Both the position numbers and the translations under genes were made by a program. This document shows, in pieces, positions 1 through 13,290 of a stretch of DNA of 64,000 bases. The notes beneath the pieces are model-generated. The model was not told the origin of the DNA. It worked only from the letters and a program-made list of their open reading frames with translations, and searched no databases. The stretch comes from Octopus bimaculoides (lineage: Eukaryota): contig NC_068981.1 in assembly GCF_001194135.2 (NCBI RefSeq), positions 190,179,151-190,243,150 of the forward strand. The letters are read 5' to 3'. How positions within the stretch are numbered: position 1 is the first letter of the stretch; the number at the start of each line of letters is the position of its first letter.

Positions 1-840
1 AGAAATTGGTTTTCAAAATTCAGAAGTGGAGATTTCCGCCTTGAAGATGAAGATCGAACAGGACGTCCAGTTGAGTTTGATGATAAGCTCATTGAGGCAT
101 TACTTGAAGAAAATCCTGCATTATCAGTTGAAGAATTGGCAACAAAGCTTAGTTCAAACCATACAACTGTTCATCATTATCTTCAACAACTTGGAAAGGT
201 TTCTAAACTTGGAAAATGGGTACCTCATGAATTGTCCAAAAGCAACCATAAATCCTATGTTGACATCTGCTCTTCTCTCCATTCTTGTGAACTTATTTCA
301 CCCTTTTGGATAGACTTGTGACTGGTGGGGTTGCTAAGGAGTAATTCACTTTGAATTGTTACCACCTAATGCAACAATCAATGCTCAAGTCTACTGTCAG
401 TAATTAGAGCGTTTGAACCAAGCTTTGAAGCAAAAAAGAGCCGCTTTAGTGAATCAAAAAGGAGTGATGTTTCATCAGGACAATGCGCAACCCCACACTG
501 CAAAGATCACATCACAGAAGATCGAAGAGCTTGGTTGGGAAGAAATTCCTCATCCACCTTATTCTCCCGACCTTGCTCCTTCAGACTACCATTTGTTTCA
601 TAGTTTACAGAATCATTTGGGGGACATAACTTTCACAAACCAGGAGGAGATCGAAACTGACATTTCAGAGTTCTTCGCTTTGAAACCAAAAGAGTTTTAC
701 ATTAATGGAATTAAAAAGCTTGTAAATAGATGGAAAGAAGTCATAGATAATCAGGGAAAGTACATTGATGATTAAATTTCAATTAAATATGACATTTGAT
801 CACTTGTTTTCTTTATTAAAAATTCGGACAGAACTTATGG
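1..840 (+). mobile_element. mariner (DD34D-type) transposon, 3' part, degenerate, internally deleted
   Basis: Translated motifs KLGKWVPHEL, FHQDNAQPH, HPPYSPDLAPSDYHLF, GIKKLVNRW; 819-840 (aaaattcggacagaacttatgg) is the reverse complement of the 5' end of the copy at 49753; runs into an N gap. Confidence 0.95.
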
Positions 841-896
841 NNNNNNNNNNNNNNNNNNNNNNNNNNNNNNNNNNNNNNNNNNNNNNNNNNNNNNNN

Positions 897-945
<49 letters not shown>

Positions 946-2046
946 GTATGTATATGTATGTACATATATATGTATGCATTATGTATGTATGTATGTATAT
1001 GTGTGTCTGTGTTGGTCCACCATTACTTGACAACTGATGTTGGTGCATTTTTGTCCCCATAACATAGTAGTTCAGCTAAAAAGACTGATAGAATAAGTAC
1101 TAGGCTTACAAAGAATAAGTCCTGGGGTTAATTTGTTCAACTAAAGGTAGTGCTCCAGCATTGTTTTGACATCATGTGATTGTTATAAATGAATGTCAGT
1201 CATTTCCAGTCTTCCATGAAAAACATGCCTGGCCATGGGGAAATATTAATTTGCTTGGAAATAAGTAAGGGTTAGCAGCAGGAAGATCATCCATCTGTAG
1301 AGAATCTACTTCAATAACTTCTTACAAATGCAAGCATGGAAAAGAGGACATTAGGCTGTTGATGGTGATGATGATGTTCCGATACTTGCTGTTGATGGTT
1401 TATTAATACCATATTATCGTTACAAAATAACTTATAATAAGTCTCTGTATATCAAGAAAGGATATTTAAAATGAGACATATACGTATAGTTTTCAATATT
1501 GCTAAGGATATTACTAAGGATATATATAAAAAAAAAAAAGAAAAATATCGTTATATACATTTAACTCACATTCATAACAAAAAGTAAATTATTAAATTGC
1601 GTAGCTGTAGTGCACATCCGGAGAAAACTAAGAAAAGTAGCATTAAAATTTCATATAATTCTTAGCACTCAAGACAGACGAACATCACTGCTTCCTCTCT
1701 CTCTCTCTCATTTACAGATTTTATTCATTGCACTTAAATGAATACATAAATAAGAAAGTAAACATAATGAGATTATTTTTGGACAAAATTCTCTATTTAA
1801 CTCTAGTAAATAGCTATTCTTCCTTTCTAAATGGACTAATTAAAAGAGATTTGCACTCTAATTGTTCATGGTTATTTAGATGTTGGTGTTATTGTTATTG
1901 ATGTGTAAACCAGCCACATTAGATATCAGTTTATGTGTATCTAAAAACCTGGGTTTGATAGTGTGGAGGTGTCTGATAACTGGTTCGTTTAAACTGTTTA
2001 ATATATGTTATGCTAATTAGGCATTTGGGCATAATTGAAAGCATCA

Positions 2047-2072
2047 TCTATATATATAAAAATGAGAATATG

Positions 2073-2115
<43 letters not shown>

Positions 2116-2409
2116 GTGAATCCCTAAAACTCGAGAACTACGCAAGCAATTTCATTCAAATTTTACACATGCCTTACTTAGGGTTCCAGTTGTGTTTCAG
2201 TAAAAAAAAAATTATTAACTTCTTGCAGAGTTCGAGCCCACAGCAACGTAATATCTCCTCCACTATTTAAGTATTACGTGTCAAAAGTGAAACAAAAACA
2301 CTCATGTCAAATACTTTCACTTTAAAAATGAAACTATTCCACTAACTGAAACAATCACATTTCGATACTGTAGTGACAGATACTTTCACAGAGAGAGAAA
2401 GAGAGAAAG

Positions 2410-2440
<31 letters not shown>

Positions 2441-3325
2441 TGTATATGTATACATATACATGTATATGTACACCATTTCNNNNNNNNNNNNNNNNNNNNN
2501 NNNNNNNNNNNNNNNNNNNNNNNNNNNNNNNNNNNNNNNNNNNNNNNNNNNNNNNNNNNNNNNNNNNNNNNNNNNNNNNNNNNNNNNNNNNNNNNNNNNN
2601 NNNNNNNNNNNNNNNNNNNNNNNNNNNNNNNNNNNNNNNNNNNNNNNNNNNNNNNNNNNNNNNNNNNNNNNNNNNNNNNNNNNNNNNNNNNNNNNNNNNN
2701 NNNNNNNNNNNNNNNNNNNNNNNNNNNNNNNNNNNNNNNNNNNNNNNNNNNNNNNNNNNNNNNNNNNNNNNNNNNNNNNNNNNNNNNNNNNNNNNNNNNN
2801 NNNNNNNNNNNNNNNNNNNNNNNNNNNNNNNNNNNNNNNNNNNNNNNNNNNNNNNNNNNNNNNNNNNNNNNNNNNNNNNNNNNNNNNNNNNNNNNNNNNN
2901 NNNNNNNNNNNNNNNNNNNNNNNNNNNNNNNNNNNNNNNNNNNNNNNNNNNNNNNNNNNNNNNNNNNNNNNNNNNNNNNNNNNNNNNNNNNNNNNNNNNN
3001 NNNNNNNNNNNNNNGCTTCTCACATGGACAACTGTATATTGGCTGCTCAAGAGTGAGCAGCAAAAAAAAACCTATTTGTATATGCTCCACAAGGGAAAAC
3101 AAGGAACATAGTTTACAACGAGGTGTTATAATCACAACAGCAAGAAAGTATGTACATGATCTCCTTCTTTTACGAAACTTCATTGACTTTCATATATTTA
3201 TATTGATATATATATATACGTGTGTGTATATACATCTCTATATATAAAGATGATGCGTAGTCTAGACGGCGTTTTTAGATTTCATTATTCTCTTTAACCC
3301 GGGCAACGCCGGGTATTTCTGCTAG
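2047..3325 (+). mobile_element. non-autonomous Helitron-like element (gap in the middle; 3235-3325 may be an independent mini-element)
   Basis: A|TCTATATATATAAA start followed by (TGTC)n; 3' hairpin CCCGG-GCAACG-CCGGG (3298-3313) then CTAG|T at 3322-3326; second A|TC-type start at 3235. Confidence 0.7.
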
Positions 3326-3778
3326 TTAAAGATAAATCATGTCAAAGCTAGGTAGGATTCAGCCAATGAATGAGCTTCTATGCACTCATTTAACCTGCTA
3401 GAAATAGCAGTAAAACTGTCCTTGAATTACACCCTAATGTCTTAGAAGAAAGGACATATAGGGTAATGTTGTGGACTTAGAAGGGTACAAAATATCTCAG
3501 CCTTTAAAACTGTGGTTCTCAAACCTTTTAAATCCCAAAACCTGATATTTAATTAAACTTCACAAGCTGGATCGTTATACTTAGCAAATTACTTTCTTAC
3601 TGTTTCTCACAAAAAAAATGGAAACATAAGTCAACTAAAGGAAAGTTTATTAAATTTATAGAAGTCTTTGTTAAGTAAACTCTGCAGCCTCTTGATTCTA
3701 GGTTTCACTTCCAGGCCTGGTATTTCTTGTCTAATTCTACCATAGATTCAACTACAAGTATTTGATCATCAGTATATA

Positions 3779-4002
3779 GGAGAGCTGGCAGAATCATTAG
3801 CACACTGGGTGAAATGCTTAGTGATACTTCATCTGCCATTACATTCTGAGTTCAAATTCTGCTGAGGTCGACTTTGCCTTTCATCCTTTCAGGGTCGATT
3901 AAATAAGTACCAGTTATGCACTGGATCGATGTAATTGACTTAATCCCTTTGTCTGTCCTTGTTTGTCCCTTCTATGTTTATCCCCCTGTGGGCAATAAAG
4001 AC
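3779..4002 (+). mobile_element. tRNA-derived SINE (family with central gcctttcatcctttcggggtcgat domain, MetaSINE-like)
   Basis: A-box-like gagctggcag head, B box gagttcaaattc, conserved central domain and A-rich end; many near-identical copies in the window. Confidence 0.85.
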
Positions 4003-5489
4003 GTAAGTATATAGGAGCTTTCATGAAACAGAAAGAAAGAGACATCATAAATTGGATGCTCATGTGAATACAAATGGAATACTACAAGTTTCACGTAAAT
4101 CAGACCACGGGTTACTGAGATACGTGGTTTTTTGGGGGTACCTTTATAAATAGCCAAGCCAGTGTATAATGGGGAAAATGCTTTGAAAGTAAGGTACCAT
4201 TGAAATGTGAATACACACAGGACAACTGAAGTTTCGCGTAAATCGGACAATAGACTCCTGAGATATGCGGCTTTTTCAGGTACCTTGAACTATTGGTGAC
4301 CCAACAGGTCATGAGTAGTCTAGTACCTACTAAAATTAATAAGGATCAAGAGAACAGAGATTTGCATATCCAAATTTTATTATACTGTTAATCACGCCAT
4401 TCTTTATCAAGAACTAAGCACGTTTTCACTGCAATCTGGTGCACACTATTAAGTTTGCATCTTGGTGTTAATTATCAGTGCATCTTCATCAGGGTCCTTT
4501 ATTACTGCTGGCTGGATACTACTGATAAGACTGAACATATGATACCCGCTAGGATTATATAACACTATAAGCCATTTTGGATGTGTGTGTGTATGTGTCT
4601 GTGTGTGCGTCTGTGTCTGTGTGCATGTGTGTTTGTGTCTGTGTTTGTTCCCTACCACTGTTAGACAACCAGTGTTGGTATGCTTACGTTTACATTACTC
4701 AGCAGTTCAACAAAAGAGATCAATAAAATAACTACCAGCTTAATAAAAAAAACAATTAGTACTAGTGACAACCCATTTGACTAAAACTTCTTCTAGGCAA
4801 TGCCCCAGCATGGCCACAGTCTAATGACTGAAACAAGTAAAAGATAAAAGATATAAGGTATAGTATAGACGATATTATTGAAGAAAACTAAGAGCATTAT
4901 TGTTAAGTGCCAAAGTTGTTAGCAAGTCACAGTAGGAAAACGATTTGCTAAGTAAGTATAATGATCCAACTTAAAGAAATATAATTAAATATCAATAATA
5001 ATACAGCACCAAATCAACTTGAAGAATCCTCTAATGTATACGGTTTAGGACTAAGAATCTTTAGTGACTTCCTTTGAAGCAAATTACAACAATGTATGAA
5101 ATGAGAAATTTTGGCTTCTTCTGCAATTCTTAATCATATAAAAAGCCTTTAACAACTCAATAATGAAATAGCATTTCCTTACATATAATTAAGTTCTCGC
5201 TTTATACATCAGCATTCTTAATTCTTCGCAACATCTATAAGAATGGTATCTAATAAATTGGCAAATATTCTCTTATAGACTAGCATTATTCCCCGCACCT
5301 TCTGTTTGTTCCTTGTAGCTTAACTACCGTGAACTTTCATATATGAAAGTATGATGGCACCATTCCAACCATTTCTTAAAATTGTCATACTGCGTCCATT
5401 AATCTAAGTTCTTATTTTTATCATATCTTTTTAAGAAGAATAAGATGCTAAACATGCATATTTCTTCTTTCATTATACATATAATTATG

Positions 5490-5930
5490 GCAGCGAGCTA
5501 GCAGAAACGTTAGCATGCCGGGAGAAATGCTTGGCAGTATTTCGTCTGTCTTTACGTTCTGAGTTCAAATTCCACTGAGGCTGACTTTGCCTTTCATCCT
5601 TTCGGGGTTGATAAATTAAGTACCAATTGCTCACTGGGGTCAATCTAATTGACGAGCCCCTTCACCAAAAATTTCAGACCTTGTTCCTAGAGTAGAAAAG
5701 AATATTTTTAGAAAGGTGGTGAGCTGGCAGAAACATTAGCATGCTGGGCGAAATGGTAGCGGTATTTCATCTGTCTTTTTGTTCATAGTTCAAATTCCAC
5801 TAAGGTTGACTTTGCCTTTCATCCTTTCGGTCGATAAATTAAGTACCAGTTGCATACTGGAGTCAATGTAATTGACTGGTTCCCTCCCCCAAAAAAACTG
5901 TTGGGCTTTGTACCTAGAGTAGAAAAGATT
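5490..5930 (+). mobile_element. two head-to-tail copies of the MetaSINE-like tRNA SINE
   Basis: Same head/B box/central domain as 3779-4002, repeated twice, each ending in ctagagtagaaaag. Confidence 0.85.
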
Positions 5931-8339
5931 ATACAAATATTTATATATATACACACACACACATATATATAGACAGATGTAGATGTATATATAGATATAG
6001 ATATATGTTTAAGTGTGTGTGTGTGTGTGTGTGTGTATGTGCATGAGTGTGTGTATGTGTGCATGTACATTTGTGTGTATTGTGTGTGTGTTTGTGTGTG
6101 TGTATGTGTATGTATGTATGTATGTATGTATGTATGTATGTATAGACACATGCACGCACACATATATATATACACAATACATATATGTCTGAATGTGTGT
6201 GTATACACAATTTTTTTCATGCATTAATGAACAGAAGACATTTATCCAATATTGCCCCCAAAGTGGAATCGAACCCAGAACTTTATGGTTGTGAAGCAAA
6301 CTTCTTCACTTCACAACTACGCCTGATAACACCAATGTATTAACATTTTTTTCTTTATTCTGGCAGTATTTCAAGACTTAAGGGAAACCTGAGAATTAGC
6401 ATTCCTTAAGAAATTTGTTGACAAACATGATAAAAAGTTTCCTTTTAGGAACTGTATTTAAAGAATAAAGAATAAAGAATAAAGCATAAGCATCGACTGA
6501 TATTCTTAAATGTATGAATAAACAATAAACATACACAAAAGTAGATTTATTTAGATTTTATAAAGGTGTACCATGGTAACAGATAAAGACAGATGTCTAT
6601 TTTGATGGTACTACTTTCTGGAATTTAAACATGTAAATAACGGAGATATTATGTTACAAAGAAAAATTATGAAGATATGGAAATGAATAGATATGTTTGA
6701 GAAAGCATAATTTATAAAGCAGGTGAGAGAATGCAGTATATAGATATATGCTGAAGTATTGGAAAGAAATCAGGAAAAAAATATAAAAGAGACTGAGAAG
6801 AAATAGAGCCAAGCTGTAGGAAGAAAGAAGTGGTGAGAGCAGGAAAAAATGGTGAGAGCAGGAAAAAATGGGGAGAAGAAGAAGAAGAAGTAGGATAAAC
6901 TTTGTTTTATGTTAAGAATTTAATGTTTTTAGCTGAGAATATATATTTTTGAGACATTTAGATTTTACTTTGGTTGGCTTTGAATTTATTTTTGAGATTG
7001 TATCGAGTTTCTTGGACAATATATAGGTGTACGATACTATGTGTTGTCCATGCAGAAGGTGTGCCTGAGTTGTTGAGGCTATGCTTTCTTGAGGAGATCT
7101 AATAAAGTCGAAACATCATCATCGTCGTTTAACGTCTGCTTTCCATGTTAGCATGGGTTGGACGATTTGACTGAGGACTGGTGAAACCGGATGGCTATTT
7201 CCAGAATTATGTTAGTTGTTGTATCCTCATCACTACTATCATCATGACCATCATCATCATGACCATCATCATCATCATCATCATCACCATCAGATTAATG
7301 TAAAATTGTTCTTTGCTCAACTGGACATAAAAACAAACATTAATATATATATATATATATATATATAAATACATACAGTGTACATTTAAACACATCAGAG
7401 AGATGTCCATAATAGGACATCTAACCTGCTAGAAGAAGCAGTTTAAATGTACACTATGTATTTATATGAATAATATATAGTCTATTGACTAGTTTTTTTC
7501 TTCTCGCTAGACCACTGGCAGCAAATAGAATTTCTAAAATTTTTTGCTACCCTGAGATTTATTAATAATGATATATATACAGTGCGTGTGTTTTTATTGG
7601 CTAAACTGGCAATATGACCATCCCCAAGTACAACAACATCTGTTTCAACACACGATTTCACATCAAAAATCTTGCAAAACAAATATGTAAACGGATATAT
7701 ATATATATCTATATATATATATATATAGATAGATAGCTAGATAGATAGATAAATAGATAGATAGATAGATAGATAGACAGATAGATACAGATATATATAT
7801 ATANNNNNNNNNNNNNNNNNNNNNNNNNNNNNNNNNNNNNNNNNNNNNNNNNNNNNNNNNNNNNNNNNNNNNNNNNNNNNNNNNNNNNNNNNNNNNNNNN
7901 NNNNNNNNNNNNNNNNNNNNNNNNNNNNNNNNNNNNNNNNNNNNNNNNNNNNNNNNNNNNNNNNNNNNNNNNNNNNNNNNNNNNNNNNNNNNNNNNNNNN
8001 NNNNNNNNNNNNNNNNNNNNNNNNNNNNNNNNNNNNNNNNNNNNNNNNNNNNNNNNNNNNNNNNNNNNNNNNNNNNNNNNNNNNNNNNNNNNNNNNNNNN
8101 NNNNNNNNNNNNNNNNNNNNNNNNNNNNNNNNNNNNNNNNNNNNNNNNNNNNNNNNNNNNNNNNNNNNNNNNNNNNNNNNNNNNNNNNNNNNNNNNNNNN
8201 NNNNNNNNNNNNNNNNNNNNNNNNNNNNNNNNNNNNNNNNNNNNNNNNNNNNNNNNNNNNNNNNNNNNNNNNNNNNNNNNNNNNNNNNNNNNNNNNNNNN
8301 NNNNNATATATACACATACACACACACAAGCAAACTGGA

Positions 8340-9030
8340 AGTTGATTGAGGAAGAGACCCTCGAAAAGGATTGACCTAAATGTCTCTCCACACCAGCCAT
8401 TGATATGAAGCACACATTTCATGTCCGTAATGCAAGCCATATGTGACAAATCTGTCTCAGAGCACAAGGTCAACATACACAAAAACAAGATCCCTAAGGA
8501 AAGGAAAATTCTTATGAAATTGACAGACAAAGATTGCAAACCTCCTGAGGAAGTACCTCAAAAGTGGTGAAAAGTCTTACCTGGAGAGGGCGCAACTGGA
8601 GGTTCAGAAAAGTCTGCATCAATCTCATGAAAAAGAAAGAGCAGATAAGGAAGCTTGGGTGATAGAAAATATTAAGTTGAACCCTAAAGCTTTCTTTAAG
8701 TTTGGCAAAGAAACTGCTTCAGTACACCACAAGATAGGATCCCTCTTCCAAGAAAGATGGCTCCCTCACAAGAAACCAAATGAGGATAAGTGCAATACTG
8801 AATAAACAGTTCCAAAGTGTGCTCACTACACTTTTGGGATACAGGCAAGTGAAGAAACCAGCAGAATTCTTTGCCACTTTACCTGTAACCAAACATTGAT
8901 TACATCAACATTGAAGAAGATTTAACACTGTCCATAGATTAGGTTGGCACAAACTCAGCCGCTGGATCTGATGGATTGCCAGTGGTCCTTCTCAAATCAT
9001 GCAAACAAGTCCTTGCAAAACATCAGTATT
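8340..9030 (+). mobile_element. CR1/L2-group LINE ORF2 fragment (APE-RT linker and RT start), degenerate
   Basis: Frameshifted translation VIENIKLNPKAFFKF...KIGSL...ILNKQFQSV...SAAGSDGLPVVLLKSCKQVLAK matches the typical CR1-group linker. Confidence 0.7.
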
Positions 9031-9499
9031 ACGGTGTCAAGTTTGAATATGAAAAGTCGTTCCCTCCACATATCTGAACTTGTCACTGGCAACGTTTCTC
9101 TTTTTACTTCTACACCTTTAAATTCCTGAAACCTTATCTTATCCTTCAGCTCTTCTCTCCTTATCTTCTCTGTTCATCACATTCTTGATTTGTAAGAAGG
9201 AAGAAGGAAAGAGCAATAGAATGAAGAGAAGTTCTCTTCATTCTATTACTCTCTCCTTCTTCTTTCTTACACTGTTTCTTCAAACACCTCCTGTTCTTGT
9301 ATAAATATCATTTGGTCCTGTGTTTCTTATCAGTTGCAGCCAGTTTTTTTTTTAACTTAAAAGATGTAAAACTCTGCTATCTCCTATTAATTTCTCTCCT
9401 TTCAACTTTTCACCTGAATAAGAATTGAATCCAAGGTATTAGATTTTATGCTTCTCACAGCAAGTTCACTACACTCTTTTTATCGATTTTACTGCACAT

Positions 9500-9822
9500 A
9501 TATATTGCGTGGCCGTTGCCAGTACCGCCTGACTGGCTCCTGTAGGATTTTCGAGCGAGATCGTTGCCAGTGCCCCTGGACTGGCTTGTGCGGGTGGCAC
9601 ATAAAAGACACCATTTCGAGCGTGGCCGTTTTCGTGCGGGTGACACGTAAAAGCACCCACTACACTCTCTGAGTGGTTGGCGTTAGGAAGGGCATCCAGC
9701 TGTAGAAACTCTGCCAAATCAGACTGGAGCCTGGTGTTGCCATCCGGTTTCACCAGTCCTCAGTCAAATCGTCCAACCCATGCTAGCATGGAAAGCGGAC
9801 GTTAAACGATGATGATGATGAT
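9500..9822 (+). mobile_element. RTE-LINE 3' tail / tail-only retroposon ending in (GAT)n (other copies: ~7084-7200 -, 17880-18085 +, 23060-23230 +, 24205-24345 +, 48380-48950 -, 55840-55980 +, 59220-59480 -)
   Basis: cactacactctctgagtggttggcgttaggaagggcatccagctgtagaaac...ggacgttaaacgatgatgat; same tail is contiguous with RTE ORF2 at 16629-18085 and 61060-63125. Confidence 0.85.
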
Positions 9823-10060
9823 ATATATTGTGTGTGTGTGTGCACACGTGTATGTATGTATGTATGTATGTATGTATGTACATGTGTCTCTATACGTGTG
9901 TGCATGGATGTGTGTTTGTTTGTTTGTTTGTTTGTTTGTATGTGTGTGTGAGTGTGTGTGTATTTAATAATACTCTGACTCAACTCCACATTACTTAAAG
10001 TTTTGTGGGTATAAAACATGTCAGATGTTCAGATAAATATATATATATATATATATATAT

Positions 10061-10113
<53 letters not shown>

Positions 10114-10164
10114 NNNNNNNNNNNNNNNNNNNNNNNNNNNNNNNNNNNNNNNNNNNNNNNNNNN

Positions 10165-10209
<45 letters not shown>

Positions 10210-11158
10210 GAGGGTACAGAGAATTTAAAATTTAAATGGCTTCTAAATGATAGTATTTAAGCATCCACTGGGTAGTTCAGGTCACATGATTGCCTTTTGC
10301 TATCCTAATGGCATTAGTTCATATATTGGGAAGTCCACATGTTTGAGCAAATAGAACGTAAATGTCCTTTAGTCAACATTCTTCAGAAAGAGATACTTCA
10401 GTCACATTAATCCTTCATATTGGATAAAATATGAGGTAAGGCAGACAAGATTTTGGCATCAGGTTTTTTCTTAATAATTTATTTGAGGGGTTTAATATCT
10501 TAATGACAACACTTAGCATATACGGCAGGTAATTGATTTGATGGTGTCAGGTTACTTATGAGTTTGCAGGATTGGTATGAATGATTGTAGGCTGTAACCT
10601 TTACCCCACTTTCCAAACCTGAAGAGAGTCAGAAACAGAAAGATAATCTGTTTTAATCCTCCATGCAATCTCAGTGTTACCATAAATATAGTGAAGAAAT
10701 TACTGATGTCAATTAAAAAGCACTTTCCATAGATATTATGAACTCTTTAATTTTTATAATGTCAAAGTTAGCTACTCATGCTTAGATAATATCTAACACA
10801 CACTACATGCTACAACATATGCAAACACATGCCCACACAGTCTTCTCTCCTTACTCCAGCCTATAACAACCAAAATCACAATGACTGTCAACTGGGAGCA
10901 CCCTGCCTTTCAAAAGTTGGGGTTTACAGATCCCTGTACATCATCCAATGGCACCACCAAACACTGCACATACATGACAGCAAATGATTTTTAAGGGGAG
11001 ATGTATGCAACGCAGTATATAAGTTGTCTCATGTATGAAAAAATAGAAACTATATTACCTGGTAGAATCGATCCTCCATATTATTGCAGGTGAGTTATTT
11101 TCAAACTAAGAAAATTCATTACAAATCAAAGGTGATCAGTTACCAGAAACCATTAAAA

Positions 11159-11380
11159 GGCGACGAGGTGGCAGAAACGTTAGCACGCTGGCGAAATGCT
11201 TAGCGGTATTTTGTCTGCCACTACATTTTGAGTTCAAATTTCGCTGAGGTCGACTTTGCCGTTCATCCTTTCGGGGTCGATAAATTTGGTACCAGATACG
11301 CACAGGGGTCGATGTAATCGACTTAATCCCTTGTTTGTCCCCTCTATGTTTAGCCGCTTGTGGGCAGTAAAGAAATAAGA
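11159..11380 (+). mobile_element. MetaSINE-like tRNA SINE
   Basis: Same family as 3779-4002, ends aaagaaataag. Confidence 0.85.
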
Positions 11381-12431
11381 AACCATTAAATTTTGTAATG
11401 TTATTACCAGTTCAAATACGCTTGTGGTACAATTGGACTTTTAAATAAGCCATTCATTGTGTTTTGCCATGGAGAAAATTTTTCGATGTAGACAAATGGT
11501 GTTAATACACCTATATCAGCCCCCCACCTATCTAGACTGGGAAATACAAGCATTTTGGAGTTGTTATCTCCTCTTCAGTCACAGACACTAGGTGGGGGAG
11601 GGGTGCTGCAAACTGGTAAAAGAAATTGTCTCTATTATAAATGACATAGATTCTGTTGACAAGTATTAAAGGTTGTACAATAGCTGGGGTTGTTGTTGTT
11701 GTTGTTTATTATCAGCTTAGCTCTTTTCTTCTTTTTCTTTTTTTGTTTAACATAGGTTGTGCAGTTTGTTGGAAACAACAGTTATGTATCCCTTAAACCA
11801 CAGCTTATAATTCTTAAAAAAGGGAAATAAATATTAATTAGCGTGAAGGCAGCATTCATTGATAGAATGGATTTGATCATTGAACTGTTTAATCAGGACT
11901 AACTTGGAAACAAACAGCAACAACAACATTAGTAGAAGCTGTTACAACAACAACAACAGCAACATAAGGCTTAAATGTTCACTACAAAAAAGTTCTAAAT
12001 GGCAGCAACAAGTTTGTCTTTGAGATGCTGGTGGGCAACCTTATCAAAAATATTCACATTAATAATTGAATATTTCAATATGAGATGACCTTCTAAAATA
12101 AGTTGTGTTGGTGAGGGGGAAGGAAAATGAAAGACCACGTTTACAAGGTTTCACCTGACTGTTAATCTCTCCCTCCATCCCTCTCCCCTCCCTCTCTCTC
12201 TTTCTCTCTTCCTTTTTACCCTTTATTTTCCTCTCATGCATATCTAATTGGATGTTTACAGTCATAATGATTTTGATTAACAAATAAAAAGCTTTAATGT
12301 TGGAGAAGAATTCTAATGTTGAATGTCAATATAGTATTTAAGATCTTCCTTTTTAAGTTTGGTTAATGACAGAAAAGTAAATGAAATGTCTGTCTACATC
12401 CAGCAATTTCACATACATAAATACATATCAT

Positions 12432-12811
12432 GGCACTCCGTCGCTTACGACGTCAAGGGTTCCAGTTGATCTGATCAACGGAACAGCCTGCTTGTGAAAT
12501 TAACGTGCAAGTGGCTGAGCACACCACAGACACATGTACCCTTAATGTAGTTCTTGAGGAGATTCAGCGTGACACAGAGTGTGACAAGGCTGGCCCCTTT
12601 GAATTACAGGTACAACAGAAACAGGAAGTAAGAATGAGAGAAAGTTGTGGTGAAAGAGTACAGCAGGGTTCGTCACCACCCACTGCCGGAACCTCTTAGA
12701 ACTTAAAATGTTTTTGCTCAATAAACACTCACAACGCTCAGTCAGGGAATCGAAACCGCCATCCCATGATTGTAAGCCTGCTGCCCTAACCACTGGGCCA
12801 TTGCACCTCCA
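12432..12811 (-). mobile_element. tRNA-derived SINE, CephSINE-like
   Basis: Minus-strand head tggcccagtggttaggg...ggtttcgattcc (A and B boxes) and body ctgtgtcacgctgaatc...cgacggagtgcc shared with 45262 and 51999. Confidence 0.8.
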
Positions 12812-12854
12812 CTATACATATATATAAATAAATAAATATATATATATACGTATA

Positions 12855-13066
12855 CTCTTTTATTTGTTTCAGTCATTTGAGTGTGGCCATGCTGGAGCAC
12901 CACCTTTAGTCGGGCAAATCGACCCCAGGACTTATTCTTTGTAAGCCTAGTACTTATTCTATCGGTCCCTTCTGCCGAACAACTAAGTTACGACGATGTA
13001 AACACACCAGCATCGGTTGTCAAGCGATGTTGGGAGGACAAACAGACACAAACACACACACACACA

Positions 13067-13131
<65 letters not shown>

Positions 13132-13290
13132 GTACATATATATATACAACTGGCTTCTTTCAGTTTCCATCTACCAAATCCACTCACAAGACTTTTGTTT
13201 ACCTGAGGCTATAGTAGAAGACACTTGCACAAAGTGCCATGCAGTGGGACTGAACCCACAACCATTTGGTTGGTAAGCAAGCTACTTACT
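12855..13290 (-). mobile_element. CORE-type SINE with internal microsatellite
   Basis: Reverse complement of the 44335-44745 family. Confidence 0.85.

Noticed and set aside
413-775. SETMAR-like domesticated gene
   Set aside because: No SET domain, upstream frame broken, catalytic region deleted, TIR present: an ordinary dead mariner.
4450-4497. Minus-strand CTGATGA with downstream GCAAAC
   Set aside because: GAAA core and a convincing stem II are absent.
7160-7200. CTGAGGA...GAAAC in an RTE tail resembling a hammerhead core
   Set aside because: No stem II pairing, and other copies lack the GAAAC.
9020-9070. Minus-strand WRERLFIFKLDT resembling a PLE C-terminus
   Set aside because: Too short and unsupported by neighbouring motifs.
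12740-12811. tRNA genes at SINE heads (also ~45630-45692, 52250-52320, 59010-59082)
   Set aside because: A/B boxes continue directly into repeated SINE bodies; no complete cloverleaf seen.
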